From the NCBI RefSeq assembly GCF_009914755.1, contig NC_060934.1: a stretch of DNA of 64,000 nt; one strand, given 5' to 3'. Origin of the DNA: the human T2T-CHM13v2.0 reference genome, Homo sapiens. The position numbers and the translations under genes were made by a program. This document shows positions 11,700 to 23,697 of the stretch, piece by piece. A model generated the notes under the pieces. The model saw only the letters and a program-made list of their open reading frames with translations. It did not search any database and was not told the origin of the DNA. How positions within the stretch are numbered: position 1 is the stretch's first letter; every line of letters begins with the position of its first letter.

Positions 11700-13700
11700 T
11701 TTCAACTGTATTGTCTGCTATGGGATATGAATATACTTCTTTCTAACACAGAAATATTTGAATCCCTACATTCCTAAAAATATTAGAAATGTTTTACTTT
11801 AAAGAGGTAGCTTTTTGCCCAGAGGGCAAAGTATATTTGTATACATCAAAGTTTGCTTTAAACATAACTCTAAAAGTTAAGTAATATTTAGTCTTAGCAA
11901 TTATAAACCACAGTTGTTGAAAGTATAATTTTAAGAGTATGAAAATTATTTGGGATTTATTGGATATATCAATTTTTGCTATATCACCTTATGTTATTGG
12001 GGCTCATTATTTAATTTTATTAAATATTATTATTTATATAATATGATTATATAAATATTGTTATATTAAATGAATATTATTTATTATCATTGTTAACTAC
12101 AACCTAATGGTAACAATTGAAAACTATGATTGAAGTTTTGATAATTATGATACTTAGAACAGTTTTAATAAATTCCAACTTCAGCAGAGAGTCTCTTCAT
12201 ACTATTTTTATTGTAATCTGTACAACATAGTATTTTATGTAGAGTGCCCCATGTGAGAAGCAGCTACAGTGAAAAGTAATCCCAGGAATTTCCAGCATCT
12301 GCGCTTGTATTTTACTGATATTTGTGATGAAACAGATGTCAAAATGGAACTGCAAGCACTTGATAGAAAGCGGAAGTCTGAAGGAATCCATAGGATTTTC
12401 GAGGGTCCTGATGATTTCTCTTTATTTCACCTCACTCAAGTGTTGTTAAGATTCTTTAGGCTTGTTATGAGTCCCTAAGTTACGATTTTAGCTGCTGTAG
12501 GGACTCAACAATTGGCATTGAAGTAGTATTACTTTTTTTCAGCATTTGTTTGCACACATTTTCATGTCAGTGTTCAACTATAATAAATTTCAGTCAAAAT
12601 TTGATTATTAGCACATTTAATCTTAGGCTCAAATTTATTTATTTTTTAATTTTAGAAAATCTTAAAACTGTTGTGGGTACATAATAGGTGTCTATATTTC
12701 TGGGGTACATGGGATGCTTTGATGCAGGCGTGCAGGCAGAATAATCATGTCATACAGAATGGGGTGTCCATCCCCAAGCATTTATCCTTTGAGTTACAAA
12801 CAATCCAATTATGCTTTTTAGGTTATTTTAAAATGTAGGTACAACTAACTTTTTATTGGCTATAGTCGCTCTGTTGTGCTAGCCGATAGTAAGTCTTCTT
12901 CATTTTTTCTATTTTTTTTGTACCAATTAACCATCCCCACCTGCCCCCCAACCCCGCCCCCCTCCCAAGTCCTCTACTGCCCTTCCGAGCCTCTGGTAAC
13001 CATCCTTCCACTCTCTATGTCCATGAGTTCAACGGTTTTGATTTCTAGATTCCACAAATAAGTGAGAACATGTGCTGTGTCTCTTTCTGCGCCTGGCTTA
13101 TTTCACTTAACATAATGATCTCTAGTTGTTTCCATGTTGTTGCAAATGACTGGATCTCATTCTTTTTTACAGTAAATACTAGAGTACGATACTGTACTAT
13201 TACTATGGTACCATAGTAATAGTACTCCATTGTGTATAGGTACCCCATTTTCTTTATCCATTCATCTGTTGATGGCCACTTGGGTGACATCCACATCTCA
13301 GCTATTGTGAATAGTGCCTCAGCCTGAAAATTTAAAACTCTTTTTGCTTCCTCTCTCACTAAACCCGAAATATGGCATCTTCCTTCCAAATTGCAGTGGG
13401 CAATTATCATGGTGCTTTGTTGCTCTTTGACCTAAATGATTTTTTTCTCATTCACTGCCCTAGTGACCAACACCCTGTCTTTTGCCTTCTGCATAGTCTA
13501 TAGTGCTAAAGAAGATGATATTTTTTCCTTGTTATTATAACAGTGCTTTTCTATGAGAGTCAGACTTTCAAGCACTCCTTTAAGTGGGAGTGCTCATGCA
13601 TTTTTCTGGCATTCTCTGTGAAACATCATTAAGCATCTTCTCTGGAAGCTGTTGATCAATATTTTATTCATTTACCATTTCACATCTTTTGTTAAATTTA
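11700..13700 (-). mobile_element. Decayed hAT-superfamily transposase (Tip100/Zaphod/Arthur-like), interrupted by L1MA
   Basis: Hand translation of the minus strand gives, in hAT order, EKSDSHRKA (~13560), SLKNLNNT* (~12450), DFRFL..ITNISK (~12350) and PN/IFILLKLY (~11940), with stops and frameshifts; ends uncertain. Confidence 0.55.
12634..13317 (-). mobile_element. L1MA (MA2/MA3-like) 3' end, 5'-truncated
   Basis: TGTGGGTACATAATAGGTGT...AAGCATTTATCCTTTGAGTTACAAACAATCC; ORF 13045-13410 carries L1 ORF2 C-terminal residues (ALFTIA..W..PKWPSTDEWIKKM). Confidence 0.9.
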
Positions 13701-14851
13701 GCAGTTAACAATAGCTGGGACATGGGCTAGTTGGTCCTAAGAGACCAGAAATGTGTTTTCACTAGCTGATCTAGTCAGACCAGAAATAATTCCTATTTTC
13801 AAGCCTCAAAACTTTTTATAAGAAACTGGAGTCATCACATTCCTCCTTTCTCATCCTTTCTCAAACAGGGCCCACAGAATATTAAAGCAGAGCCCTGTGC
13901 TGGAATCTGTCTGGCATACGTCGTATTAACATTGAACTTGTTTCTCTGGAGCAGGGCTTTGCAGAAACTGCATGCATTGAACATTATCAAGAAGTAAACT
14001 TAGTGTAAAGAATTTCCATAGATTGGTTCACCAAGGACCTGTTTTAACAGAAGATTTTGGGAGTTTAAGAATGGAAGCGGAACAAACCAATCAGAGAGCA
14101 AACTAAAACCCCAAAGATAGTACAAGACAAGGAGTAAAAGGATTAGCAAGGTACAGGTGGTGCTGGTGATGTCTGAAATAGTTTATTACTCTAGTTACAA
14201 ACCATGAGAGGTTGTCAATATTTATGTAACCCTCTTTAAAATGTCAGAGGTTATTCTGTGCTGGTTAAGGACTTTGGCTTCATAATTTTTAGATAAACAT
14301 AAAGATTACAGAGTATCAGCAGAGATTTATTCTCTCTAATTCTCACCATCTACTTGCTGAAATATAAGACATGGACCACAGGTTTCTAATTAGGGTTGTG
14401 AAATGGGATAAACAAGCATGGATTTTTAAAAAGTTATTTATCTCTAGATACTAATATACATATAATGCAAATAAAAAGTCTTAACAATAGAAGAAAATGT
14501 TATCTTGATCTACATTTATTGAAAGTGTATGAAAATTTTGATTTTGACAGATTTTACTTTTTTTCCCTTTCCAATCAGGGAGGAGGGAATGGTATGCCCA
14601 AAATATGCCTATAGTAGAAAAACATAGAGGTGAGATGTATTATTCATGTAGGTATCAAACATACTAGAGGTTAAAAATTAGAGTGCAATTTGAAGCTTAA
14701 TATTCAGTTTCAGTTTAATTTTTCTATTTCAGTTTGCAGAATCATCTAACCATCAGCTCTAGGTAAAATATGGCTAAGATAAAATATTTAGCTTTTTCAA
14801 GCTTTAGGTAGAGACTTTAAATGTAATTAAAATTGCATCCATATAAAAAAA

Positions 14852-14927
14852 TTAGGTTGGTGCCAAAGTAATTGTGGTTTTTGCTATTGAGTGATGGCAA
14901 AAGCCGCAATTACTTTTGCACTGAACC
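14852..14927. mobile_element. MADE1 (Hsmar1-derived MITE)
   Basis: TTAGGTTGGTGCCAAAGTAATTGTGGTTTTTGC...GCAAAAGCCGCAATTACTTTTGCAC inverted-repeat structure. Confidence 0.92.
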
Positions 14928-16220
14928 ATTTCTTTAAAAAAAAAAAACTTTTATTTAAATTCAATAATCCTTCCCCAAACCCTCAATAAAGTTCACTTTA
15001 TTGAAAGTTTGTGTTGCTGTTCTCATGTTTATGAGGCTCAGCACAGCAGTACAGATGAATATCCACACAGCATACATCTAAATATTTGTGTCATAACTTG
15101 AGCTAACGATTCTTATATGACATAAGTTGCTCTTACCTACAACTTAGCAAATCAAAGTAACTCTACTTTAGACTTCATAGTCTTCTTCAAGTTCTGCACC
15201 CCTGATCCTTACTCTAGGGGTACATTGCAAATTGTTTATCTCAGGCTGCCATTTGTTTTTCGACTTTGCTTGAAGTGTTTTTCTTTTTTTCTAGGTGAAA
15301 ATATTTGAGTTTTATGTAGTTGAATTTTTCAGTATTCTTTCTTGCTTTCTGGATATTTTGTCAGTCTTCAAACATTCTTTTCTAACTTCATATTAGTTTA
15401 AAAATCTCTAATATCAATGCAGTGTAATGTTAATGACTTTACAGGAATCCTGTCTTCCATCTGGAAGTAATTTGATATCAGGTGTGAGATATTTCCCTCA
15501 CATAGCAGAAAAAGTGTTAACATCCACAGCACCCTAAATGCATTTTGCTTCTCATTACTGAACCGAACAGCCTTTGCTAGTCGCCCCTGGGTAAAACTGG
15601 GGCCATGAGTTTGAGGCCTCCTCAAAGGAAGACAGACAAGACAACGTGTCAGAATTCCAGATTTGAGTCCCACATTTCCTGCAGAATCCCATCTTCCCAG
15701 CCTCCTGGCTTGATGTGTTCTTCCAGGGCTGTTGGGGGCCTAACTTGGTGGGCCTCCAGCAGGCTCCATCCCTGAGTGACTCTGTGGATCCAGCATGCTC
15801 ATATCTCCTGCTTGTTGTGTTACATCCTGAGATTTGGAGGTTGTTTATGATAATTATCTTACCCTAATGTATGCCAATTCATATTTATTTTCAATATCCC
15901 AACTTACAAGTTTCAATGTTATTTAATAAATAATCCCTTTTCCACACTGATTTGAAGTAGAATGGTAAAAATATAAAGGCTGATAAACTTGTCTACACAT
16001 ATAATTTTTTAAAGTAATTCACCAATTTAGCATATAGGGATGTGTGCATCTTAGGGTATTAATCTTGGTGTATTTGATTCTCTGATATTAATAGTTCATA
16101 TATAATAAATGTATGTGCTGTTCTGAATATCATTTAAAGAAAGTATAAATGTTATATTTTTGTATGAGTCAGCACTGTGTCTTATTGGGGTCTAATGAGG
16201 GCATAGAAAGAAGATAATTG

Positions 16221-16689
<469 letters not shown>

Positions 16690-17684
16690 TTAAATTTCAA
16701 TAGCTATTTATATGGGCAGTATAGCCCCAAATGATACCACTGTCTGTATAAATGATGGCTGTAAATATAGGGGAGAATTTCTACCCATACTCAACCCCAG
16801 CACCCACATTCTGAATGTGAGGAGCCCAAGGGGGAAGCTCACCACTCCCAGCCACAGCACCAAAGCCTCACGTCTTCTGTAGCTAAGGTCGTCCTGTTGC
16901 TCATATGCAAATCTTTATGACAATATGCATTGAATTAAAAAATAAAACTTTGCTACAACCCTATTGCTGCAAAACTCTTTCCCATGGGTTTTCATCCTAC
17001 GTGAGATTTTATGTTTTATTCTTCTTGTTCTTAATCATTTTCATTCAATACTGAATTTGACAAACACGCTGCAGAAAATTTCAGTAACAGCACCTGTATT
17101 TGATGAGATGGAGGAAGGGAACAGCCTGCTTTTTTGGTGTTGTAAAAAACAATGCAAAACAGAAAACAAAATAACAAAACAATAAACACAGGAAAACTCA
17201 AAGGAACTTGTGGCAGCATGATGACTAAGTGAAAATCTTTATCTCTGTGGAACATGTCAATGCGTTCTGTTTGACAATTCATTCTATTTGAAAAGATGCT
17301 GGCCGCAATGGCAGGGCTGTGAGGGATTCCATGAGACCTCAGCATTCATGGCTTCTTATATATGGAAGAAGCAGGCAGGCATTTGGAGGGTGAGGAGGTA
17401 GCATCATCTTTTGTTAGACAATCTCTATCTTAATACAACTATTCCCAACAGCATGCCCTTCGTTTTATGAGAGGTAGCTTTATTTCCTCCTTATATGGGA
17501 GTTTCTCATCCATCGTTATTGCAGCAAGAATTAATTTCGCCAAGTTCAATAGTGCTAAAAGGACTGAAATATGCTCCAAATGGTAACTTTCATTCCTCAT
17601 CTGTAAAATAAGCCACGCACAATCGCTAATTCACCTCCACTCTCATACCCAGACTTCCAGGATTTAGAAGCACCATCACCAAAC

Positions 17685-18050
17685 AGTTCTGGGGAGGCTG
17701 GCCTGAGATTTGGGTTTGCCTGCCAGGAGTTTATTGGGAGCGTCTTCAAGACGGACGTCTTCGGGGAAGTGGAGGGAGCAGGATTGGGTAGAGGGAGAAG
17801 CTGAACAGTGATGGAGTCTCAAGAAAGGCCCAGACCCTCCTTCGAGGAGCTCTCAAGCTGGCGTGGAACTCAAAGTTGTCCTCTGAGGAGAGGAGACCTG
17901 GGCATGTGGCCCACACAGGGGAGTCGGCGTAGGGGCTGCCCAGGGAGTGGGCATGACGGGGAGCTGGCTCTCCTCAGCCGAGGGGAGGCGAAGGGTCCAG
18001 CCCAAAGCTGTCTCAGCAACACTTCCAGAAGTTGTGGAATGAGTGTTCCC
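17685..18050. mobile_element. Possible ancient ERVL-class LTR fragment
   Basis: GGAGTTTATTGGGAG...GCAGGATTGGGTAGAGGGAGAAGCTGAAC recalls old ERVL LTRs; family not determined. Confidence 0.35.
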
Positions 18051-19070
18051 ATGAGACTAGCCCATGTCCCAGCTATTGTTAACTGCTAAATTTAGCAAAA
18101 GATGTGAAATGGCAAATGAGTGCTCTGGAGCTGAAGAGAAAATCTGCAGATGCATTACATATTTCACTTCAGGCAGGAGAATGTACAGAGACCGAAGCAG
18201 GTCTTCGCAGGTCCTTGGCACTGACTGCTCAGGGCCTGGGCGGCTGTGGAATAAGGGCAGAACTCGAAAATGACAAACGAATGGCTGCTGGAGTCAGAAA
18301 CTAGCAGCTCAGTTTGAAAAACAAAATCTATTAAAATGATTCTTCTTCATACAAAAAGTAAGGAAACCAAAATGACAGGGCTTAAACAAATAGAACAGCC
18401 TGGAAATAGACGCCATCCATGTTTCTTGATGATATGATGTTAAAATCGTAATGTTTTGGCTCAAACCGATAGTACTAGTTATTTTGATTTCAGAATGAAA
18501 TGGGAAACACCGCTGTGGTGATGTCACTTGTATTAACATAGGAAAGTTCCTGAGAAAGAAGGTTATTGCATCGAATGAGAATCTGTAACTGACAGATACA
18601 TTTCCTTCCTTGAGAAAACATCCCACCAGATCCTTGCAGGGTATGAACTACTCAAAAGGAGCATGGAGTGTTGATAGGTTGATGACGTTTAGAGCATCAT
18701 GATATTTGACTTAGTTCCAATTATGCTGTTAGGTTAGGTTGTCACCTAATATGATTCTGACTTTAAGCATTTAAGGACTTTTTCTGATGTGAAAGTATAA
18801 AACTTCAAATGGTGCTGAGATAGTTTGAAAAAAATTAAAAATAAAACTTTTATTGAGAATAAAATATATATGGAATGGAACTTAAAAAAGACTTAGGAAG
18901 AATGTATACAAAATGAAGAAATTAATAATTTTATTGGAGAATGAATGTGTTGGTATTGCTTGGTAAGTTCTCTCTTCTGTGTGATGGCAGTTTTATGGCA
19001 AAGAAAGGGACATTCAGTATTGACTTCCATATTTTCACCAGCAGAGGCTTCCGATTGTAAATCTGGGATT

Positions 19071-19470
19071 GAGTATGCGGCAGTGAGTAATAGGGTGACT
19101 TTGTCGTAGGTCGGATATGCAGCGGTAATACCATGACTTTCTTATAGGTCGAGTGTGTAGCAGTGAGTAATAGTGTGACTGCGTTATAGGTTGGTTGGGC
19201 AGTGGTAATAGTGTGACTTTGTCATAGGTCAAGTATGTAGTAGTGAGTATTAGCATGACTTTGTACCGAGTATGTAGTAGTTAGTATTAGCGTGACTTTG
19301 TTATACCAAGTATGTAGTAGTGAGTATTACCATGACTTTGTTATACTGAGTATGTAGTAGTGAGTATTAGAGTGAGTTTGTTATACTGAGTATGTAGTAG
19401 TGAGTTAATAGTGTAACTTCGTTATAGGTCGAGTATGTAATAGCAATAGCATGACTTTGTCATAGGTTGA
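19071..19470. repeat. ~40-bp minisatellite, 10 units
   Basis: Consensus about GAGTATGTAGTAGTGAGTATTAGCATGACTTTGTTATA(GGT)C; units 37-43 bp. Confidence 0.93.
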
Positions 19471-21758
19471 ATTTTGTCTGAATTTGGAATTTTTATCTAA
19501 AACAGATATGTAGAAAGCCTAACCCCCACTACCTCAAAATGTGATCTTAAGCAAACAATTCAAAGTGAAATCACTAGGGTGAGCCTTAATGAAATGCCTA
19601 AAGAAGTGCCCTTATGAAATGGGGACATTTGGAGACAGATGCACACACAGGAAGAATCCACGTGAAGTCAGAGGCAGAGATTAGGACCCGTCAACAGGGT
19701 GAGTAATGTCTGGGGTGACCAGGAGGAGGAAGAGGCAAGGGAGGGCCCCCTTTACAGCACGAGGTGTAGGTTGGCCCTGACAACACTCTGATTTTGGACT
19801 TCTAGACCTCACAACTCTACGACAGTGGGTTTCTTTGGCTTTAAGTCCCCTGGTGTGTGTTCCTGTGCTCTGGAAGCCTGAGCAGGCTAAGAGAGATTTT
19901 GGTTCTGAGAAAGGAAGTGCTGTGACCAATACCTGACAATGCCGGGGTGGCTTTGGAACTGGGTAACGGTTAGAGGCAGAGAGAGTTTTAACATTTATGT
20001 CAGAAGAAGACTCAATTGTTCTGAAGATACAGTTGGTAGACATATGGATGTTAAAGGTGATTCTGGGGAGGGCTCAGATGGAAATAGGAACATGCTATTG
20101 GAAAACGCAGGAGATGATCTTTGCCACAACATGGTAGAGAAGTTGGTGCAGTTGTGTCTTGTTGTGTCGAAAGTATAACCTGTAGGGGACAAACTTGGAT
20201 ATTTAGCTGAGGAGATCTCTAAGGAAAATGTTGAAGGAAGAGCCTGGTTTCTTCTTGCTGCTCATAGTAAAATGTGAGAGTTGGAAAAAGTATATTGAAG
20301 AAAAGATTGCTAAGAAAAAGGAAACCAGGGCCAGGCACGGTGGCTCACGCCTGTAATCCCAGCACTTTGGGAGGCTGGGGTAGGTGGATAACAAGGTCAA
20401 GAGATCGAGACCATCCTGGCCAACGTGGTGAAACCCTGTCTCTACTAAAAATACAAAAATTAGCTGGACATGGTGGCACATGCCTGTAGTCCCAGCTACT
20501 GGGGAGGCTGAGGCTGGAGAATTACTTGAACCTGGGCGGCGGAGGTTGTGGTGAGCCGAGATCAGCCTGGTGACACAGCAAGACTCTGTAAAAAGAAAAA
20601 ACAAAAACAAAAACAGAACTTGAAGATTTGGAAAATTCTCAGTTTACCTATCCTGCAAAAACTCAGAAAATATACTCTGGAGAGAAAACCAAGATTGTGG
20701 CTGGACAATTGTCAAGATTCCCTAGGCAGGGCTCATGGAGCAATTTGCTGCAAACATGTGCTATGCTTCACGAAAAGGGAAGACCTCAAGGGTGGTTCAG
20801 AGGCTGGCGAAGCTGCTGCCTCCACTTCAGGCCCAGAGGGTGTGGACCGGGGTTGAACCCACTCCCTCCTCTGCTTCAGGAGGCTGTGCTTCCAGCCTGT
20901 GCAGGCTCAGGGTAGCGCATCAAGAGCATCAGGACAGTGAGGGTTGTTCTCAAGTCTTAAAATCTCAGGGGCTTTTCTCTGCTGCATTTCAGATGTGCTT
21001 GGAACCTGTGGCCCTTTTCTCCTTCTGATGCCTCTTTTTGGAGTGGGGACTTGTCCTGCACTGCCCGGAAACCAATATGTGACATCTGGTTTCACAGGTT
21101 CACAGATGGGAAAAATATTTGCCCCAGCACAGATCATACCCTGCCACTCACTCATAACCACTTTGGATAATTTAAATAATAAGATTGAGACTTTGAGTAG
21201 ACACTGGAATGAGGAAAATCTTAGGGATGTTGGGAGGGGCAGGTGTATTTCTCACGTGGGAAGGGCATGAGTTGGTGGGTGTGTTATGCATTGAATTGAA
21301 TCCCCCAAAATAGTATTTTGAAGTCCTAACCGCTGCACCTCAGAGTGTGACCTCACTTGGAAATAGAGCATTTACATGGTAAATCAGGTTAAAACAGGTT
21401 CGTTATGGTGGCTGTAATTCAATATGACTGGTGTCCTTATGAAAACGGGAAATTTAGACACAAAGACCACATGGAGGAAAGAAGACGTGAAGACACACAG
21501 GGGAACACAAGGAACACAACCTAAAGATGAGGGCAGACATTGGATGGGACGGGTGCAACCACAAGCCAGGAATACCAGGGACAGCAGAGTGTGGAAGAGG
21601 CAAGGAGGCTCATCCCTTGGAGGCTTTGGAGGGAGCTTGGCTCCCAAACACCTCGATCTTGGACTTTGAGTCTCCAGAACACAGAGAAAATCAATGTCTG
21701 GGAGTGCAAGCCCTCCACCTTGCGGCGCTTCTTGATGGCAGCCCTGGGAAATGTGTGG
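19458..21758 (+). mobile_element. MLT1 MaLR element with LTR-internal-LTR structure
   Basis: 5' LTR ~19458-19894; internal region from GATTTTGGT..GGCTTTGGAACTGGGTAACGG to the purine-rich end ~21281; 3' LTR TGTTATGCATTGAATT from 21282 to GCAGCCCTGGGAAA. Confidence 0.85.
20329..20614 (+). mobile_element. AluSc inserted in the MLT1 internal region
   Basis: GGTCAAGAGATCGAGACCATCCTGGCCAAC Sc diagnostic; ~15-bp deletion in the right arm. Confidence 0.92.
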
Positions 21759-21814
21759 GCTCTCAGGGGCAGACACGTGGGCATGGACTATGATTCTGCA
21801 ACTTTCTAGGGATG

Positions 21815-21955
21815 CTAATTTAGGCAACTTAGTTAATCTTTCTAAACCTCATTTTCATCAAATGTAAAGTGGATATGGAGAGACTGCTTAAGTCACATGG
21901 CTATTTTAAGAGTTTCATCAAACATTTGAAATACTTCACCTAGTGTCTAGCCTTT
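21815..21955 (+). mobile_element. MIR fragment
   Basis: TTAGGCAACTTAGTTAATCTTTCTAAACCTCATTTTCATCAAATGTAAAGTGG. Confidence 0.6.
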
Positions 21956-22804
21956 TATTGTACTAGGAATTCTAGGAGCAAAGGAAAAACTATCTCAACA
22001 GTTTCCAAATCAGGTGCTCCAAAAATTCAAAATATGAAGCAATACAGAAGATGACCATGGCCCAGTGTTGCCAATTGTCCTCTGTCCTCTTCTGTTAGCA
22101 TAGCTCATGTCTTGCCCTTAACCCTCCCTTCAGTCGGCCAGTGCACAGCACTTCTCCACTAATTACACAGGACACATAAACTAATAGCACAGAGAGGAGA
22201 CTCGAGTGACCCTAACCCCCAAGGAGCAAGGGCTTTGCTACAGCTCAAGCAGCTTCATTTCCCCTTGGAACACGTATTTTTGTTTCTCTATCATTCACAA
22301 GAGCACCCTCTGAAGTAGGCTGTGTTTTACTGCTATACAATCACCTCTGTTTCCAAACCAGACTTGGCACGATCTGGGTTTCTCCATATTGTTATTGAAC
22401 TGATGGTGGTCTTCAGGAAGTGCGCAGGCTTCTGAGCCTTTTTTCTAAATATCTGCATCTACAGGCAAAACTTATAGGCTTTATTTCAAGTAAATTTAAC
22501 TTATATAACTACTGATAAATTCTTTTCTATTGAATCCTCAGCTATAAGCTTTAAAGTACTCTATAATGATTAGCTGCTGTTTCTGCTGTTGCTTCTCTTA
22601 TGGTTAGAACAGTGGCCTTGAAGAGAACCACCACATTCCACTCTTACACTTGGGATTATCTAAGTTTAGATCAGATCATGAAAAATAATCATTAAATTAT
22701 TATATTTAGATGAACTTGCTTGTTCTCTAACCAGGCACACCCCTTGCTGGGCTCCTGTGTTCCTCCTAGACTGGAACACCTTTGAGCTTCTTCCTAATAA
22801 GTGC

Positions 22805-23159
22805 TGTATTAGTCTGTTCTCACGCTGCTGACAAAGACATATCCAAGACTGGGCAATTTACAAAAGAAAGAGACTTAATGGACTCACAGTTCCACATGGC
22901 TGGGGAGGCCTCACAATCATGGTGGAAGGCCAGAAGGAGCAAGTCACGTCTTACATGGATGGCAGCAGGCAAACAGAGAGAGATTGTGCAGGGAACTCCT
23001 CTTTATAAAACAATCAGATCTCATGAGACTTCTTCACTACCCTGAGAACAGCATGGGAAAGACCTGCCCCCATGATTCAATCATCTCCCTTGGGGTCTCT
23101 CCCATAACACATGGGAATTCAAGATGAGATTTTGGTGGAGACACAGCCAAACCATATCA
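22805..23159 (-). mobile_element. THE1 (THE1B-like) solo LTR
   Basis: TGTATTAGTCTGTTCTCACGCTGCTG...GACACAGCCAAACCATATCA, 355 bp. Confidence 0.95.
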
Positions 23160-23340
23160 GATACATATCGACACACTACAAAAAGTTGTGTCAAAGTTTC
23201 TGCCAGGCCCTCCCAGGACTGCCTGTTCCTCTGAGTGTGACCCAGCCAATTCCTGAGCCCTGCTTCTTCCTGGTGGGAGTACCTATCAGATGCCCTGCTC
23301 TGGTTGCTGAGTGGTGATTTTTATCCTTTCACCAATCTGA

Positions 23341-23697
<357 letters not shown>

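Noticed and set aside
12269-12478. 69-aa plus-strand ORF with protein-like composition (TDICDETDVKMELQALDRKRK)
   Set aside because: Non-ATG start and no clear splice sites; it is antisense to the putative hAT fossil
19071-19470. CRISPR-like appearance of this and other 37-51-bp arrays (33668, 37592, 38379)
   Set aside because: Units are contiguous with no unique spacers, there are no cas genes, and the DNA is primate
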